A DNA stretch of 64,000 nt. Source: Spartobacteria bacterium. GTDB lineage: Bacteria; Verrucomicrobiota; Verrucomicrobiia; Chthoniobacterales; UBA6821. This document shows, piece by piece, positions 46,881-57,305 of the stretch (positions are counted from its first letter, which is position 1; the number at the start of each line of letters is the position of its first letter). The DNA lies in assembly GCA_947487385.1 (NCBI GenBank), contig CANKWU010000004.1, positions 26,061-90,060 of the forward strand, in the 5' to 3' direction. A model generated the notes under the pieces. It saw nothing but the letters and a program-made list of their open reading frames with translations, was not told where the DNA came from and ran no database searches. Both the position numbers and the translations under genes were made by a program.

Positions 46881-47237
46881 ATGAGCATCATCGCCACTAT
46901 CGAAAAAGAGCAGTTCAAAACCGACCTCGTCCCTTTCGAGGTGGGTGATTCCGTTTGCGTTCACACACGCGTCATCGAAGGAGACAAAGAGCGTGTCCAG
47001 AAGTACTCCGGCATCGTGATCGGCCGCAAGGGTGCCGGTATTAACGCCAACTTCACTGTCCGTCGCGTCAGCTTCGGCGAGGGTGTCGAGCGCGTATTCC
47101 CTCTTCATTCTCCTCGCATCGCGAAGCTCGAAATAGAGAAGCGCGGATCGGTCCGCCGTTCCAAGCTGAACTACCTCCGTGATCGTAAGGGCAAGGCCGC
47201 CGTCACCGTGAAGGAGAAGGCGCAGGAAGTTGCCTAA
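46881..47237 (+). CDS. rplS: 50S ribosomal protein L19
   Basis: 118 aa with FEVGDSVCVHTRVIEGDKERVQKYSGIVI and FTVRRVSFGEGVERVFPLHSP. Confidence 0.95.
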   Translation: MSIIATIEKEQFKTDLVPFEVGDSVCVHTRVIEGDKERVQKYSGIVIGRKGAGINANFTVRRVSFGEGVERVFPLHSPRIAKLEIEKRGSVRRSKLNYLRDRKGKAAVTVKEKAQEVA

Positions 47238-47258
47238 TTTTTAACTTTTTCAGATCCG

Positions 47259-47948
47259 ATGACGACCACTCGTCGCGGATCTCATTCTAGGGGCCCCAAG
47301 TCTAAGACTCGGGGCCCTTCTCTTTACCCCACACTCTTCCATGAAAGAGAGCTCCATGCCCGAGGTATCCACCCGGTGGCCGGAGTCGATGAAGCGGGAC
47401 GCGGTCCTCTAGCTGGTCCCGTGGTTGCTGCCGCAGTGATCCTCCCCGAGGGATTCTCCCTGGATGGGCTGGATGATTCGAAGAAACTGAACCACCAGCA
47501 ACGGGAGGCTCTTTATGTCCGGTTGACTGAAGATGCTACGGTTCGCTTCTTTGTGGCTGAGGCTAGCTCAGAAGAAATTGGACACCTGAATATCCTGCGC
47601 GCAACTCATCTGGCCATGGCTCGTGCCTTAACTGGACTTAAAGAAAACGGACATCAGTGCGCTCACGCTCTCGTGGATGGATTGCCGGTCAAAGGGCTCC
47701 CCATGGAGCATACGGCATTGGTTGGGGGAGATGGGATCAGCCTTAGTATCGCCGCTGCCAGTATCTTGGCCAAGGTCACCCGGGACAGGATCATGGATAC
47801 GCTGGACCAAAAGTATCCCCAATACGGCTTCTCCAAGCATCGAGGCTATGCGACTGTTGAACATCTGACTACATTGAAAGAATATGGACCTTGCCCGCAT
47901 CATCGACGTGGTTTTGCGCCGGTCGACCAGCCCACCTTCGGGTTCTGA
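47259..47948 (+). CDS. rnhB: Ribonuclease HII
   Basis: VAGVDEAGRGPLAGPVVAAAV (DEAGRG motif) and DSKKL. Confidence 0.93.
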   Translation: MTTTRRGSHSRGPKSKTRGPSLYPTLFHERELHARGIHPVAGVDEAGRGPLAGPVVAAAVILPEGFSLDGLDDSKKLNHQQREALYVRLTEDATVRFFVAEASSEEIGHLNILRATHLAMARALTGLKENGHQCAHALVDGLPVKGLPMEHTALVGGDGISLSIAAASILAKVTRDRIMDTLDQKYPQYGFSKHRGYATVEHLTTLKEYGPCPHHRRGFAPVDQPTFGF

Positions 47949-48327
47949 TTCGAACACTCACCTTGCTCTAGGCAGATGGGGAGAAGATCAGGCGGCAAGG
48001 CACTTGAAGCGTCTGGGTTGGAAAATTCTGCGCCGGAACTTCCGCGCTCCCGGGGGTGGGGAGATCGATTTGGTCTGCAGGGATGGCGATACTCTAGTCT
48101 TTGCCGAGGTGAAGACCCGACGCACCGAAGAGATGGGAAGGCCTCTGGATGCCGTCGACCGGAAGAAACAGCAACTTATCCGAAGGGGTGGCCTTTATTG
48201 GCTCCGTCTGCTCAACATGCCCGATATTACCTTCCGCTTTGACGTGATCGAGGTTCTGGCGACCGATCCCATCGAAATCCGAGTCATAGAATCGGCATTC
48301 ACTCTCCCCGATCCCCTTCGGTATTAA
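47884..48327 (+). CDS. yraN: YraN-family (UPF0102) endonuclease-like protein
   Basis: GEDQAARHLKRLGWKILRRNFR..GEIDLVCRDGDTLVFAEVKTRR. The start is uncertain (ATG 47884, GTG 47908 or TTG 47914), and all candidates overlap the rnhB 3' end. Confidence 0.8.
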   Translation: MDLARIIDVVLRRSTSPPSGSDSNTHLALGRWGEDQAARHLKRLGWKILRRNFRAPGGGEIDLVCRDGDTLVFAEVKTRRTEEMGRPLDAVDRKKQQLIRRGGLYWLRLLNMPDITFRFDVIEVLATDPIEIRVIESAFTLPDPLRY

Positions 48328-48432
48328 TGGAAATCTAAGGTGAAGGTAATTTGAGGAGAGAGTCAGGCGGCCAAGCAAAGCTGTGGTAGAGCTACTGCAA
48401 GCAAAGACCAACACCAATCTGCCACAAAAGGC

Positions 48433-51400
48433 CTAGGCTTTGGCCAGCCAGGGAGCTAATTCCGCGCGCACTGCCATCTCATCGCCGACCGTGAACTCTT
48501 CGCCGAGCTGAAGAGGAACAATAGCTCCTGAAAGGGTTCCTATCTCAAGGATCAGAGTGCGTTTTCCCGGATGCTTCTTGATGGCGGAGTGAATGGCGTG
48601 CAGATCGTCGACAATAAGGCGACTGCGATCCATCCGGAGGCGGAGGGGTTTCTTGGAGGCCTTTGGGGTGAGGGCTTTGAAGTCGCTGCCCATCACCTTA
48701 ACGCTTCCATCCCGGGGGGTGATCCGCGCATTGCAGGAGAGGACTGTACCGGGCTTGAGGAGTTCCTCGTTTTTACTGAAAGATTCATCCCAGGCCATGA
48801 GTTCCAGAGTTCCGGAGTCATCCTCGATGGTCAGGATGCCGAAGGGGCGACCATCCTTCTTTGAGAAGCGTTTTTCCACGGTTGAAAGAAGTCCTGCTAG
48901 CTTAACACTTCCTGGTTCGGTCATGGCGAATGCCGCTGCCACTGATCCGTAGGATCCTGATTCCAGATTGCCCCGGTAGTCATCGAGAGGATGGCCAGTG
49001 ACATAGAATCCCAGCAACTCCTTCTCGTGTCCGAGCATCTCGGAGCGTGTCCAGCGCTCGATCGTTGTTTCAGTTCCCGCAGCTGCTTTGGAGGATGCTG
49101 GGGCAAGGTCGGTAAAGGAGTCGAAGAGGGAGACCTGACCGCTGGCACGATCTTTCTGAACCGAAGCGGCGGCGCCCATGGCCCCTTCGATCGTGGCATC
49201 AAGAGCAGCACGATGACGACCATCCCAATCGAAGGCACCGCACTTCACGAGGCTTTCGAGGATCTTCTTGTTCACCGTCCGGGAGTCGAGGCGCGAGCAG
49301 AAATCCTCCATCGATTTGAAAGGACCATTCGCCTCGCGGTCGGCGATCGCGGTTTTCATCGCTGCTTCGCCGACATTCTTGATGGCGGCGAGTCCAAAGC
49401 GGATGGCCTTTCCTCCCGGGATCTCCTCAGGAAGAAAGGTTAGGGCGCTCCGGTTGACATCCGGTGGTAGGATCAAGATCCCCATGCGAGAGCACTCGCT
49501 GACGAACGTGGCGATCTTGTCGGTGTTGTTGATTTCGTTGCCGAGCAGGCCGGCCATGAACTCGACCGGGTGGTTGGCTTTCAGGTAGGCGGTCTGGTAG
49601 GAGAGAAGGCCGTAGGCGGCACTGTGGCTCTTGTTGAAGCCGTACTGAGCGAACTTCTCCAAGAAGTCGAATATGGCGTTGGCCTGCTTGCCAGGGATCT
49701 GGTTGACCCTGGCGCAGCCCTCGACGAAGACCTCGCGCTCCTTGGCCATCTTCTCGGTGTCCTTCTTGCCCATGGCACGGCGCAGGAGATCGGCCTGACC
49801 GAGTGTGTAGCCGGCCAGAGCGCTCGCCGCCTGCTGCACCTGCTCCTGGTAGACGATGATGCCGTAGGTCTCCGAGCAGATTTTCTCGAGAAGCGGATGC
49901 GCGTACTCGATCTTCTTCCTCCCTTTCTTACGATCAATGTAGTCGTCGATGAACTGCATCGGACCGGGACGATAGAGAGCGATCAGGGCGATGATGTCGG
50001 TGAAGTGCTCAATCTGGAAGCGCTTGGCTGTCGCGACCATGCCGCCGGACTCCAACTGGAAGACGCCGATCGACTCGCCTCGGTTGAGTAAATCGAAGGT
50101 CGCCTGGTCATCCATCGGGAGATTGGAGATGTCGAAGTCGGGTGTGTGCCGATGAATCAGTTTCACGGCATCGTCGATGACGGTGAGGGTCTTCAGGCCC
50201 AAGAAATCCATCTTGAGCAGGCCCAGGTCTGTGAGTGGGGCCATGGAATACTGGCTGACAATGTTGCCGTCATTGGCCCGGGTAAGAGGGATGTAATCGG
50301 AGAGATCGCGATCGGCGATGACGATGCCCGCTGCATGGACGCCGCTATTGCGGGAGAGTCCCTCGAGGATGCTGGCGTAGCCCCAGAGCTGGGCGGTGGA
50401 GGACTCCTCCTCGACGGCTTTTTTCAGCTCCGGATTCTTGTCGATCGCCCCCGGTTTTTTTTCCCCTTTCTTCTCAGTATTATTGAGGGTGATATCGAGC
50501 TCGTTCGGGATCATCCGTGAGATGCGGTCGGCATCGCCGTAGCTCCATCCGAGGACGCGGCCGACATCACGGATGACGCTCTTAGCCCCTAGGGTGCCAA
50601 AGGTAATGATCTGGGAGACGGCCATGGTGCCGTACTTCTGGCGGACATACTCGATCACCTCGCCACGTCTGTTCTGACAGAAGTCGACGTCGATATCGGG
50701 GGGGCTGATGCGGTCGGGATTCAGGAAGCGCTCGAAGAGCAGTCCGTAGCGCAACGGATCAAGGTCCGTGATTCCGAGGACGTAGGCGATCAGTGATCCG
50801 GCTGCCGAGCCGCGGCCGGGTCCGACGGGGATTCCCTGGCTCTTCGCGTAGTTGATAAAATCCCAGACGATAAGGAAGTAGCTGGTGAAGCCAGTCTTGT
50901 AGAGGACCGAGAGCTCGAACTCGAAGCGCTCGCTGATGACTGGATCCTGCATGGCACGCTCGCCATAGCGCTTACGGAGTCCCTCTTCGCTGAGTTCCCG
51001 TAGATAGCCTTCGCGCGTCTTTCCCTCCGGGGGGAGGTAGTCGGGGTACTTGGACTTACCGAACTCGAGCTTGGCATTGCAGCGTTCCGCGATAGCCAGC
51101 GTATTGGTGATGGAGGTAGGCTGATCGGCGAAGAGGGCGGCCATTTCCTCGCCGCTCTTGAAGTAGAGTTCGGGGACATAACGCATCCGCTTCTCGTCAT
51201 GGATCATCGCTCCGGTTCCGATGCAGATCATGACATCGTGAGCCTCATGGTGGGAGCGCTCCAGGAAATGGACGTCATTGGTCGCGACCAAGCCGAGACC
51301 GAGTTCGCGGGAGATGTCGATCAGGCCGCCGCGGTTGCGTCGCTGCTGCTCGATGCCATGGTCGGCCAGCTCGATATAGAAATTCTCCTTTCCGAAGAGA

Positions 51401-51903
51401 TCCCGGTATGCGGCAGCAGTTTCCAGTGCCTTGGCGGTCTGTCCCTCACTCAGGGCCATATTGACTTCTCCCTTCAGGCAGCCGCTGAGGGCAATGAGCC
51501 CCTGACTGTGCTTGGCCAGGAGTTCGCGATCGACGCGAGGCTTATAGTAGAAACCCTCGAGGTGAGCTGCCGTGCTGAGCTTCACCAAGTTCCGGTAGCC
51601 GGCGTCGTCGGAGGCGAGGAGCGTCATGTGAAAGGCTGCATCCTTGCCTCCGTTGCTAGTCTTCTTTTCGTGCATCGACCCGGGGGCGACATAGATCTCG
51701 CAGCCGATGATGGGCTTTACCTTGGCCTTCTCGGCAGCCTGATAGAAATCGACCGTCCCGAAGAGATTACCGTGGTCCGTCAGGGCGATAGCCGGCATCT
51801 CCAGCTCGGCAGCTTTCTTGACGAGTTCCTCCATCCGGATCGCTCCATCCAGCAGCGAGTATTCGCTGTGAACATGGAGATGGACGAAAGGGGTCTGGGC
51901 CAT
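48433..51903 (-). CDS. dnaE: DNA polymerase III alpha subunit
   Basis: 1156 aa with a PHP domain ([15 protein letters not shown]), the polymerase core and a C-terminal OB region. Confidence 0.96.
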   Translation of the reverse strand: MAQTPFVHLHVHSEYSLLDGAIRMEELVKKAAELEMPAIALTDHGNLFGTVDFYQAAEKAKVKPIIGCEIYVAPGSMHEKKTSNGGKDAAFHMTLLASDDAGYRNLVKLSTAAHLEGFYYKPRVDRELLAKHSQGLIALSGCLKGEVNMALSEGQTAKALETAAAYRDLFGKENFYIELADHGIEQQRRNRGGLIDISRELGLGLVATNDVHFLERSHHEAHDVMICIGTGAMIHDEKRMRYVPELYFKSGEEMAALFADQPTSITNTLAIAERCNAKLEFGKSKYPDYLPPEGKTREGYLRELSEEGLRKRYGERAMQDPVISERFEFELSVLYKTGFTSYFLIVWDFINYAKSQGIPVGPGRGSAAGSLIAYVLGITDLDPLRYGLLFERFLNPDRISPPDIDVDFCQNRRGEVIEYVRQKYGTMAVSQIITFGTLGAKSVIRDVGRVLGWSYGDADRISRMIPNELDITLNNTEKKGEKKPGAIDKNPELKKAVEEESSTAQLWGYASILEGLSRNSGVHAAGIVIADRDLSDYIPLTRANDGNIVSQYSMAPLTDLGLLKMDFLGLKTLTVIDDAVKLIHRHTPDFDISNLPMDDQATFDLLNRGESIGVFQLESGGMVATAKRFQIEHFTDIIALIALYRPGPMQFIDDYIDRKKGRKKIEYAHPLLEKICSETYGIIVYQEQVQQAASALAGYTLGQADLLRRAMGKKDTEKMAKEREVFVEGCARVNQIPGKQANAIFDFLEKFAQYGFNKSHSAAYGLLSYQTAYLKANHPVEFMAGLLGNEINNTDKIATFVSECSRMGILILPPDVNRSALTFLPEEIPGGKAIRFGLAAIKNVGEAAMKTAIADREANGPFKSMEDFCSRLDSRTVNKKILESLVKCGAFDWDGRHRAALDATIEGAMGAAASVQKDRASGQVSLFDSFTDLAPASSKAAAGTETTIERWTRSEMLGHEKELLGFYVTGHPLDDYRGNLESGSYGSVAAAFAMTEPGSVKLAGLLSTVEKRFSKKDGRPFGILTIEDDSGTLELMAWDESFSKNEELLKPGTVLSCNARITPRDGSVKVMGSDFKALTPKASKKPLRLRMDRSRLIVDDLHAIHSAIKKHPGKRTLILEIGTLSGAIVPLQLGEEFTVGDEMAVRAELAPWLAKA

Positions 51904-51962
51904 CCGAAAAGGTTAAGGGTGCCAGTCAAGGCGGGCAAGTGCCCTCCTAAAAAAAGCACCAA

Positions 51963-52721
51963 TCAAATGTTTTTTTCCGCAATCACGAGCAGTCCACGAA
52001 GTGTCAGAAGGGGATCAACCAGATCAATGGGATTAATCACATTGCTCCCTCCATTCTGTCCTGAGAGTCGGGCCACCAACTCTGCATCCCCTCCCGTGGC
52101 AATAACAAACGGCTTCTTCCCCTTGAAGATCTCTCGACTAATCCGAGCCACTGCCTCCCGGACGAGTCCGACCGCTCCCAGTAGGAGACCGATCTGGATT
52201 GCCTCAGTCGTGCTTTTACCAACACTCGAAGTGATTTTTCGGATTCTGGTATGTGGCAGGAGGGCAGTCCCTTCATGGAGGGCCTTGGCGGCGATTGGGA
52301 GTCCTGGGGCGATAATCCCTCCAAGGTAGCTTCCCTTAGCATCGATGACATCGAAGGTTACGGCCGTTCCGAAATCGACAACAATGGCAGGAAGCTTCCG
52401 GAGTTGTGCGGCGGCCGCGGCATTGGCCAGACGGTCCGCACCGATCGTGCGAGGATTCGGATAGGAGACGTGGACACCTCCCGGTACACGGTGATCCACC
52501 CAGAGAGGCCGACAGGTTAATGATTCGGCAAGGATCCGGCTTGCCCCGGGCACAACGGAGGAGATGACGGCCAGGTCCAGTTTGGGCTTAGTGACCCTGA
52601 AAAGTTCCTGTTTGAGTTCGGAAGTCGCGATCTTTGTGACGCGTCCGATCTTTCCATCACTCGCTACAGCAATCTTGGTGAAGGAGTTGCTGACATCGAT
52701 CAGCAGGATTTTCCTTTTCAT
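51963..52721 (-). CDS. coaX: Type III pantothenate kinase
   Basis: ILLIDVSNSFTK, VVDFGTAVTFD and the GGIIAPG family pattern. Confidence 0.9.
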   Translation of the reverse strand: MKRKILLIDVSNSFTKIAVASDGKIGRVTKIATSELKQELFRVTKPKLDLAVISSVVPGASRILAESLTCRPLWVDHRVPGGVHVSYPNPRTIGADRLANAAAAAQLRKLPAIVVDFGTAVTFDVIDAKGSYLGGIIAPGLPIAAKALHEGTALLPHTRIRKITSSVGKSTTEAIQIGLLLGAVGLVREAVARISREIFKGKKPFVIATGGDAELVARLSGQNGGSNVINPIDLVDPLLTLRGLLVIAEKNI

Positions 52722-52739
52722 GAAGGATCGGCTATCCGC

Positions 52740-53837
52740 CTACACGCCGGAGGCATTGGCCAGATCCGCTTCTTCAGGGGGGAGGGCACCCTGGAATCGC
52801 TTCTTGTCGATCGCCTTCATGTAGGCCTCATGGGGACTGATCGTGCCATCCAACATCTTGTCCCAGATGGCGTCATCCATAAACTGCATCCCCTCGGATT
52901 TTCCGGCTACGATGACATCCTGAAGCTTCTGGGTCGCTCCCTCGCGGATGATGGCGGAGACGGCGTTGTTCACTTTGAGGATCTCGTTGATTGCGACGCG
53001 CCCCTTGCCATCGGCTTTCTTGAAAAGAAGCTGAGCCACGACCCCTCGCAGTGAGGAAGCCAGCATGGTGCGGACTTGCGCCTGCTGGTCGGCAGGGAAG
53101 GCGTCGATCATGCGGTCGACTGTCTTGCGGGCGTTGTTGGTGTGAAGGGTTCCGAAGACGAGGAGTCCGGTTTCCGCAGCCGTCAATGCTAAGGAGATGG
53201 TCTCCAGATCACGCATCTCACCGACCAGGACGATGTCAGCATCCTCGCGGAGTGCGGCCTTCAGTCCGGCTGCAAAGGAGGGGGCATGCTCAGGAACTTC
53301 ACGCTGGGTAATGATGCTCTGTTTGTTGCGGTGGACGAACTCGATCGGCTCCTCGATGGTGACGATGTGGCGGCCGTAGTTCGTGTTGATATAGTCGATC
53401 AGGGCCGCGAGCGTGGTGCTCTTGCCCGATCCGGTCGGTCCGGTCACTAGGACGATGCCGCCGCGCATGTCTCCGAATTCCTTGATCACCTCGGGGACGT
53501 TGAGCTGCTCAAGCGTGAGGATCTTGGTTGGGATGATACGGAAGACTGCTCCATAGCCGTGGGCCTGCTTAAGATAGTTGCAGCGGAAACGGCTGTTTTC
53601 ATCCATCTGGTAGGCGAAATCGAGATCGCCGCACTCCTCATACTTCTGCCACTTCTCTGGCGTGCAGATCTCACTGAGCATGTAGGCCATCTGCTCGCGG
53701 GTGAGGGGAGCGGACTCGGCCCAGATTGGGACGATTTCTCCGTGTTTGCGGATTTTCGGGGGTTGTCCCTCGGAGAGATGGAGATCGGAGGCACCGTTTT
53801 CGATGAGTGCCTGGAAGAGTTCGTCGATGTATGCCAT
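52740..53837 (-). CDS. pilT: Type IV pilus retraction ATPase PilT
   Basis: ASDLHL N-terminal motif, Walker A GPTGSGKSTT, Asp/His boxes, and AIREGATQKL near the C-terminus. Confidence 0.92.
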   Translation of the reverse strand: MAYIDELFQALIENGASDLHLSEGQPPKIRKHGEIVPIWAESAPLTREQMAYMLSEICTPEKWQKYEECGDLDFAYQMDENSRFRCNYLKQAHGYGAVFRIIPTKILTLEQLNVPEVIKEFGDMRGGIVLVTGPTGSGKSTTLAALIDYINTNYGRHIVTIEEPIEFVHRNKQSIITQREVPEHAPSFAAGLKAALREDADIVLVGEMRDLETISLALTAAETGLLVFGTLHTNNARKTVDRMIDAFPADQQAQVRTMLASSLRGVVAQLLFKKADGKGRVAINEILKVNNAVSAIIREGATQKLQDVIVAGKSEGMQFMDDAIWDKMLDGTISPHEAYMKAIDKKRFQGALPPEEADLANASGV

Positions 53838-53852
53838 GGCTGCTAAATAGGT

Positions 53853-54941
53853 TCAGGCTCCGATGACGATACGCATCTCGGTCTTGTTCTCAGCTCGGTA
53901 GAGGGCCTCCTCTGCGGTGATGATCCCCTGGCGGTAAAGCTCAGCAACCGACTCGTCCATCAGGATCATACCGGCCTTCTTTCCTGTCTGAATAATGCCG
54001 GGAAGCATGAACGTCTTTGCCTCGCGGATAACGTTTCCGATGGCTGGGGAGTTGAGCATGATCTCCATCGCAACGGCGCGTCCCATGCCGTCGGCCCTAG
54101 GAACGAGTTGCTGGCTGACAATACCGCGGAGCGATTCGCTCACCATCATACGAATCTGGTCGCGCTGGTCGGCTGGAAAAACGTCGAGCAGGCGGTCCAG
54201 GGTCCTGGGGGCATTGCTCGTGTGAAGAGTGCCGAGAACCAAGTGACCGGTCTCTGAGGCCGAGATAGCCAACTGGATGGTCTCAAGATCGCGCATCTCG
54301 CCAACCATGATGACATCCGGATCCTCACGGAGTGCGCCGCGGAGTGCGGCGGCGAAGGATTTGGTATGGGTGTGGACTTCGCGCTGGGTCACCTGGCAGC
54401 GGGCTGAGGGAATGATGTATTCGATCGGCTCCTCGAGGGTGATGATATGATCGCCTCGGTGGAGGTTGATCTCTTGGACGAGCGCGGCGAGCGTTGTCGT
54501 CTTCCCACTGCCCATGGGTCCGGTGACTAGGACGAGTCCGTTGTGGAATTGGGTGAGCAGCTTGAGCTGATTCGGCATGCCGAGTTCATCGAGCGTCCTG
54601 AGCTTGCTCGTAATAATGCGGAAGGCCAGATCGTAGCCGAGTCGTTGACGCACCACGCTGGTGCGGAAGCGGCCGCTCGCATTGTTGTAGGCGAAGTCGA
54701 CGTCGCCCTGATCGAGCAGGCGTTGCCACTGCTGCTCGTCGAGGAACCCCTTCACCAGTGCCTCTGTGTCATTGGCGGTGAATTTGGGGGCGTTCTCCCA
54801 CATGGGGAGCAGAGAACCGTAGCGACGGCAGGTCGGAGGACTGGAAACGCTAAGGTGAATGTCGGAGGCATCAGCCTCTTTGCCAAGATTCAAGTAGTCA
54901 TCGACATGACCCAATAATGTGGGATCGGAGAGCAAACTCAT
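53853..54941 (-). CDS. PilT/PilU-family ATPase (second paralog)
   Basis: ASDIHL, Walker A GPMGSGKTTT and GEMRDLETI. It lies 15 nt upstream of pilT on the same strand. Confidence 0.88.
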   Translation of the reverse strand: MSLLSDPTLLGHVDDYLNLGKEADASDIHLSVSSPPTCRRYGSLLPMWENAPKFTANDTEALVKGFLDEQQWQRLLDQGDVDFAYNNASGRFRTSVVRQRLGYDLAFRIITSKLRTLDELGMPNQLKLLTQFHNGLVLVTGPMGSGKTTTLAALVQEINLHRGDHIITLEEPIEYIIPSARCQVTQREVHTHTKSFAAALRGALREDPDVIMVGEMRDLETIQLAISASETGHLVLGTLHTSNAPRTLDRLLDVFPADQRDQIRMMVSESLRGIVSQQLVPRADGMGRAVAMEIMLNSPAIGNVIREAKTFMLPGIIQTGKKAGMILMDESVAELYRQGIITAEEALYRAENKTEMRIVIGA

Positions 54942-54972
54942 GAGGGAGAAAAAAACTAATCGGACTTTCTAA

Positions 54973-55398
54973 CTAGGGTCGTCCCCGTCTAGCAAGTCCC
55001 GCCTTGGCTGCATTCGTGGCAAATTCCACAACAAGAGGCTTCAGGATGGGATACAAAATCTTCCCCACCTCTAACGCTCCGGAGATCCATCCGACCTTGG
55101 TCAGGGTGGTAATGGCACTGACCGCTTGCAAGGAGGCTGTGGCGACTGGTTCGGAGGTTTTTTTTGCCTGTTTAGGGGATGTTTCTTGACGGACTCCACG
55201 GCCTCCGAAAAACGTGGCGATCAATCCTGCCGTCGCGGCTCCGCCGACCCAACGCAGGGGATGATGCCGGACGGATTCGGTAAAGCGCTTCTGGATGTCC
55301 AGATCCGAGATGAGTCCGGCGTACTGGCGGGAAATGGTAATCCGGCTTTCCCTGACGTTCTGCTGGAGTTTGGTAAGTTCAGCCTCTGAAGAGTTCAT
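54973..55398 (-). CDS. Hypothetical membrane protein (YqjK-like by position and N-terminal coiled segment)
   Basis: 141 aa with an N-terminal charged helix (LTKLQQNVRESRITISRQ) followed by hydrophobic segments. There is a 4-nt overlap with the upstream gene. Confidence 0.45.
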   Translation of the reverse strand: MNSSEAELTKLQQNVRESRITISRQYAGLISDLDIQKRFTESVRHHPLRWVGGAATAGLIATFFGGRGVRQETSPKQAKKTSEPVATASLQAVSAITTLTKVGWISGALEVGKILYPILKPLVVEFATNAAKAGLARRGRP

Positions 55399-55829
55399 CG
55401 TGTAATGGGCGTGGTAGGAGTGGAGGATGGGTCGTAGCTAGCTGCTCCCAAGGCTTCGATATCGCGACGCAATTCCGCAGTGGTCGCTTCAAAAGGACGG
55501 GGATTGATCACCCGGGCCCGCATTAGCTGATAGAGAACTCCCAAGATTCCAAGGTGGAGCAGTCCGGCCGCAGCGAGTGAGACCGGCCATCCCCACCTGA
55601 GGCAGGTAGCCAGTAGGGCAATCAAGGCTCCGATCAGGGCGACGTAGGCTATCATGGCCACCACGACAATCGCTATCAGCAGGATGAGTCCCGCGATACT
55701 CTGGCGGACAAAGAGACGACCTTCCAGGACAGCAAGTGAGCCCAGTGAGAGAAGGTGGCGGAGCAACCCAGCGGTCAGTCCTGTGATTCTGGAGGGAATA
55801 CCGCCCGGCAGATCCTGGGAATTCATCAT
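55395..55829 (-). CDS. Phage-holin-family/YqjE-like (DUF1469-type) membrane protein
   Basis: Two long TM helices after an LAVLEGRLFVRQS-type amphipathic segment, then a C-terminal charged tail. The resemblance to YqjE is at the architecture level. Confidence 0.55.
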   Translation of the reverse strand: MMNSQDLPGGIPSRITGLTAGLLRHLLSLGSLAVLEGRLFVRQSIAGLILLIAIVVVAMIAYVALIGALIALLATCLRWGWPVSLAAAGLLHLGILGVLYQLMRARVINPRPFEATTAELRRDIEALGAASYDPSSTPTTPITR

Positions 55830-55871
55830 AACTGGTGAATCTTGATCGTGCTGGAAAAGAAAAGTGCCCCT

Positions 55872-56351
55872 TTAGCGTCGACGTAGGAGAAGTCCTAAAA
55901 CTACCCCGGCTGCAAAGGTAATGCCGACGGCGCGGAAAGGATTGTCCCTAACATAATCCTCGGACCGATTGGCGAGATCCTCGAGCTGGACGCGGTACTC
56001 CGACGCTGCTTCTCCGGCACGGTGAGCGACATTGCCATAACGGTCGATCGCTTCCTGAGAGAGATCCCCGTACTTGGCCTTGGCTGTCTGGGAAAGATCG
56101 GCGTAGGTGGAGCGTGCAGCTTCCTTGAGATCCTGAGCGGCGGCTCCCAACTCCACGCGTCCGGTTGCGTAGGCCGAACGGGCGCTGGACTTGGCAGCTT
56201 CAGCCACTTCGCGGGCGGCCGCAGCAGTGGTCTCAAGTGCTTTTTTGGCATGGGCTTGGCTGCTTTCGAGCTTTTCGGAGGCTGTGGAGTTGTGTGTGGA
56301 ATCGTTCATAGTTGAGGGGGTTAAATAGTTGTTTAAGTAGGGAATTCCCAA
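55872..56351 (-). CDS. ElaB/YqjD/DUF883-family membrane-anchored protein
   Basis: Ala/Glu-rich helical body ending in DNPFRAVGITFAAGVVLGLLLRRR, the characteristic C-terminal anchor. The start may be Met at 56309. Confidence 0.72.
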   Translation of the reverse strand: MGIPYLNNYLTPSTMNDSTHNSTASEKLESSQAHAKKALETTAAAAREVAEAAKSSARSAYATGRVELGAAAQDLKEAARSTYADLSQTAKAKYGDLSQEAIDRYGNVAHRAGEAASEYRVQLEDLANRSEDYVRDNPFRAVGITFAAGVVLGLLLRRR

Positions 56352-56390
56352 TTCAAGAATCGCAGAAATACGCTGGTTGGCAAGGCGTGA

Positions 56391-57296
56391 TCAGGGTTTT
56401 GCGCTCCATCGGTGGGAGAGGCCGCAGGGAAGTGTCTGCTGATCAATCGTTCCCAACAACGAGAGTTCCACTGCCTCCAACGTTCCGCCGAGTCGGGAAA
56501 GGCGTTTCGCGATCATGGACTGGGCAAGGTCGTCAAGTGAGTCGCTGTAGGTGTTTAGAAGAAGGAAAAGTGGTTGATCGGAGAGTGCCTCCTGAGCCGT
56601 ATCAAGCAGGAAGGGAAGATGCTCTGAGAGCCTCCAGAGTTCACCTCCTTTTCCTCGACCGAAAGATGGAGGATCCATGATGATCGCGTCGTAGCGGTTA
56701 CCTCGGCGGATTTCTCGCTGCAGGAAAGTGAGAGAATCTTCGACGATGTAGCGGATGGGTGCCTTGGAGAGACCTGAAATCCTTGCATTCTCGGAACACC
56801 AGCCGACCATTGCCTTGGCAGCATCAACATGGGTTACGGATGCTCCGGCCTTGGCGGCTGCTAGGCTTGCCCCGCCGGTGTAGCCGAAGAGATTAAGCAC
56901 CCGCATCTCCGGTTTTTTGCCTGGGTCTAGGTCTGGGTCTTGGACTTTGTCTTGGTGCCCTCGGGTGTTGATGATCTCTCGGATCCAATCCCAGTTCACA
57001 GACTGTTCAGGAAAGAGGCCGAGGTGTTTGGAGTTGGTCGGGCGGATCTGGAAGGAGAGGTCACCGTAGCTGACCGAGCAGGGATCGGGGAGGGGCTGAA
57101 TCCATTTCCAGGTTCCTCCCGTGGCTCGGTCACCGGAGTAGCAGCCCTCCCAAGAGGGAAGTGACGACCGCTCTTTCCATGGCCACAATGCCGCGGACTC
57201 AGGACGGAGAATCACCCTGCCGTTCCATTGCTCCAGTCGCTGTCCGTCGCCGGAGGCGAGTAACTCGTAGCCGTTCCATTCCGGATGAGTACTCAT
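56391..57296 (-). CDS. Class I SAM-dependent methyltransferase (RlmI/RlmK-like core, no PUA domain)
   Basis: LNLFGYTGGASLAAAKAGA (SAM motif I) and IIMDPPSFGRGKGGELW (DPPxF). Confidence 0.8.
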   Translation of the reverse strand: MSTHPEWNGYELLASGDGQRLEQWNGRVILRPESAALWPWKERSSLPSWEGCYSGDRATGGTWKWIQPLPDPCSVSYGDLSFQIRPTNSKHLGLFPEQSVNWDWIREIINTRGHQDKVQDPDLDPGKKPEMRVLNLFGYTGGASLAAAKAGASVTHVDAAKAMVGWCSENARISGLSKAPIRYIVEDSLTFLQREIRRGNRYDAIIMDPPSFGRGKGGELWRLSEHLPFLLDTAQEALSDQPLFLLLNTYSDSLDDLAQSMIAKRLSRLGGTLEAVELSLLGTIDQQTLPCGLSHRWSAKP

Positions 57297-57305
57297 GCAG
57301 ACTGT

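Noticed and set aside
51199-52329. 376-aa ORF on the plus strand
   Set aside because: It is antisense to the 5' part of dnaE and to coaX, spans their intergenic gap, and has no motifs. Shadow ORF.
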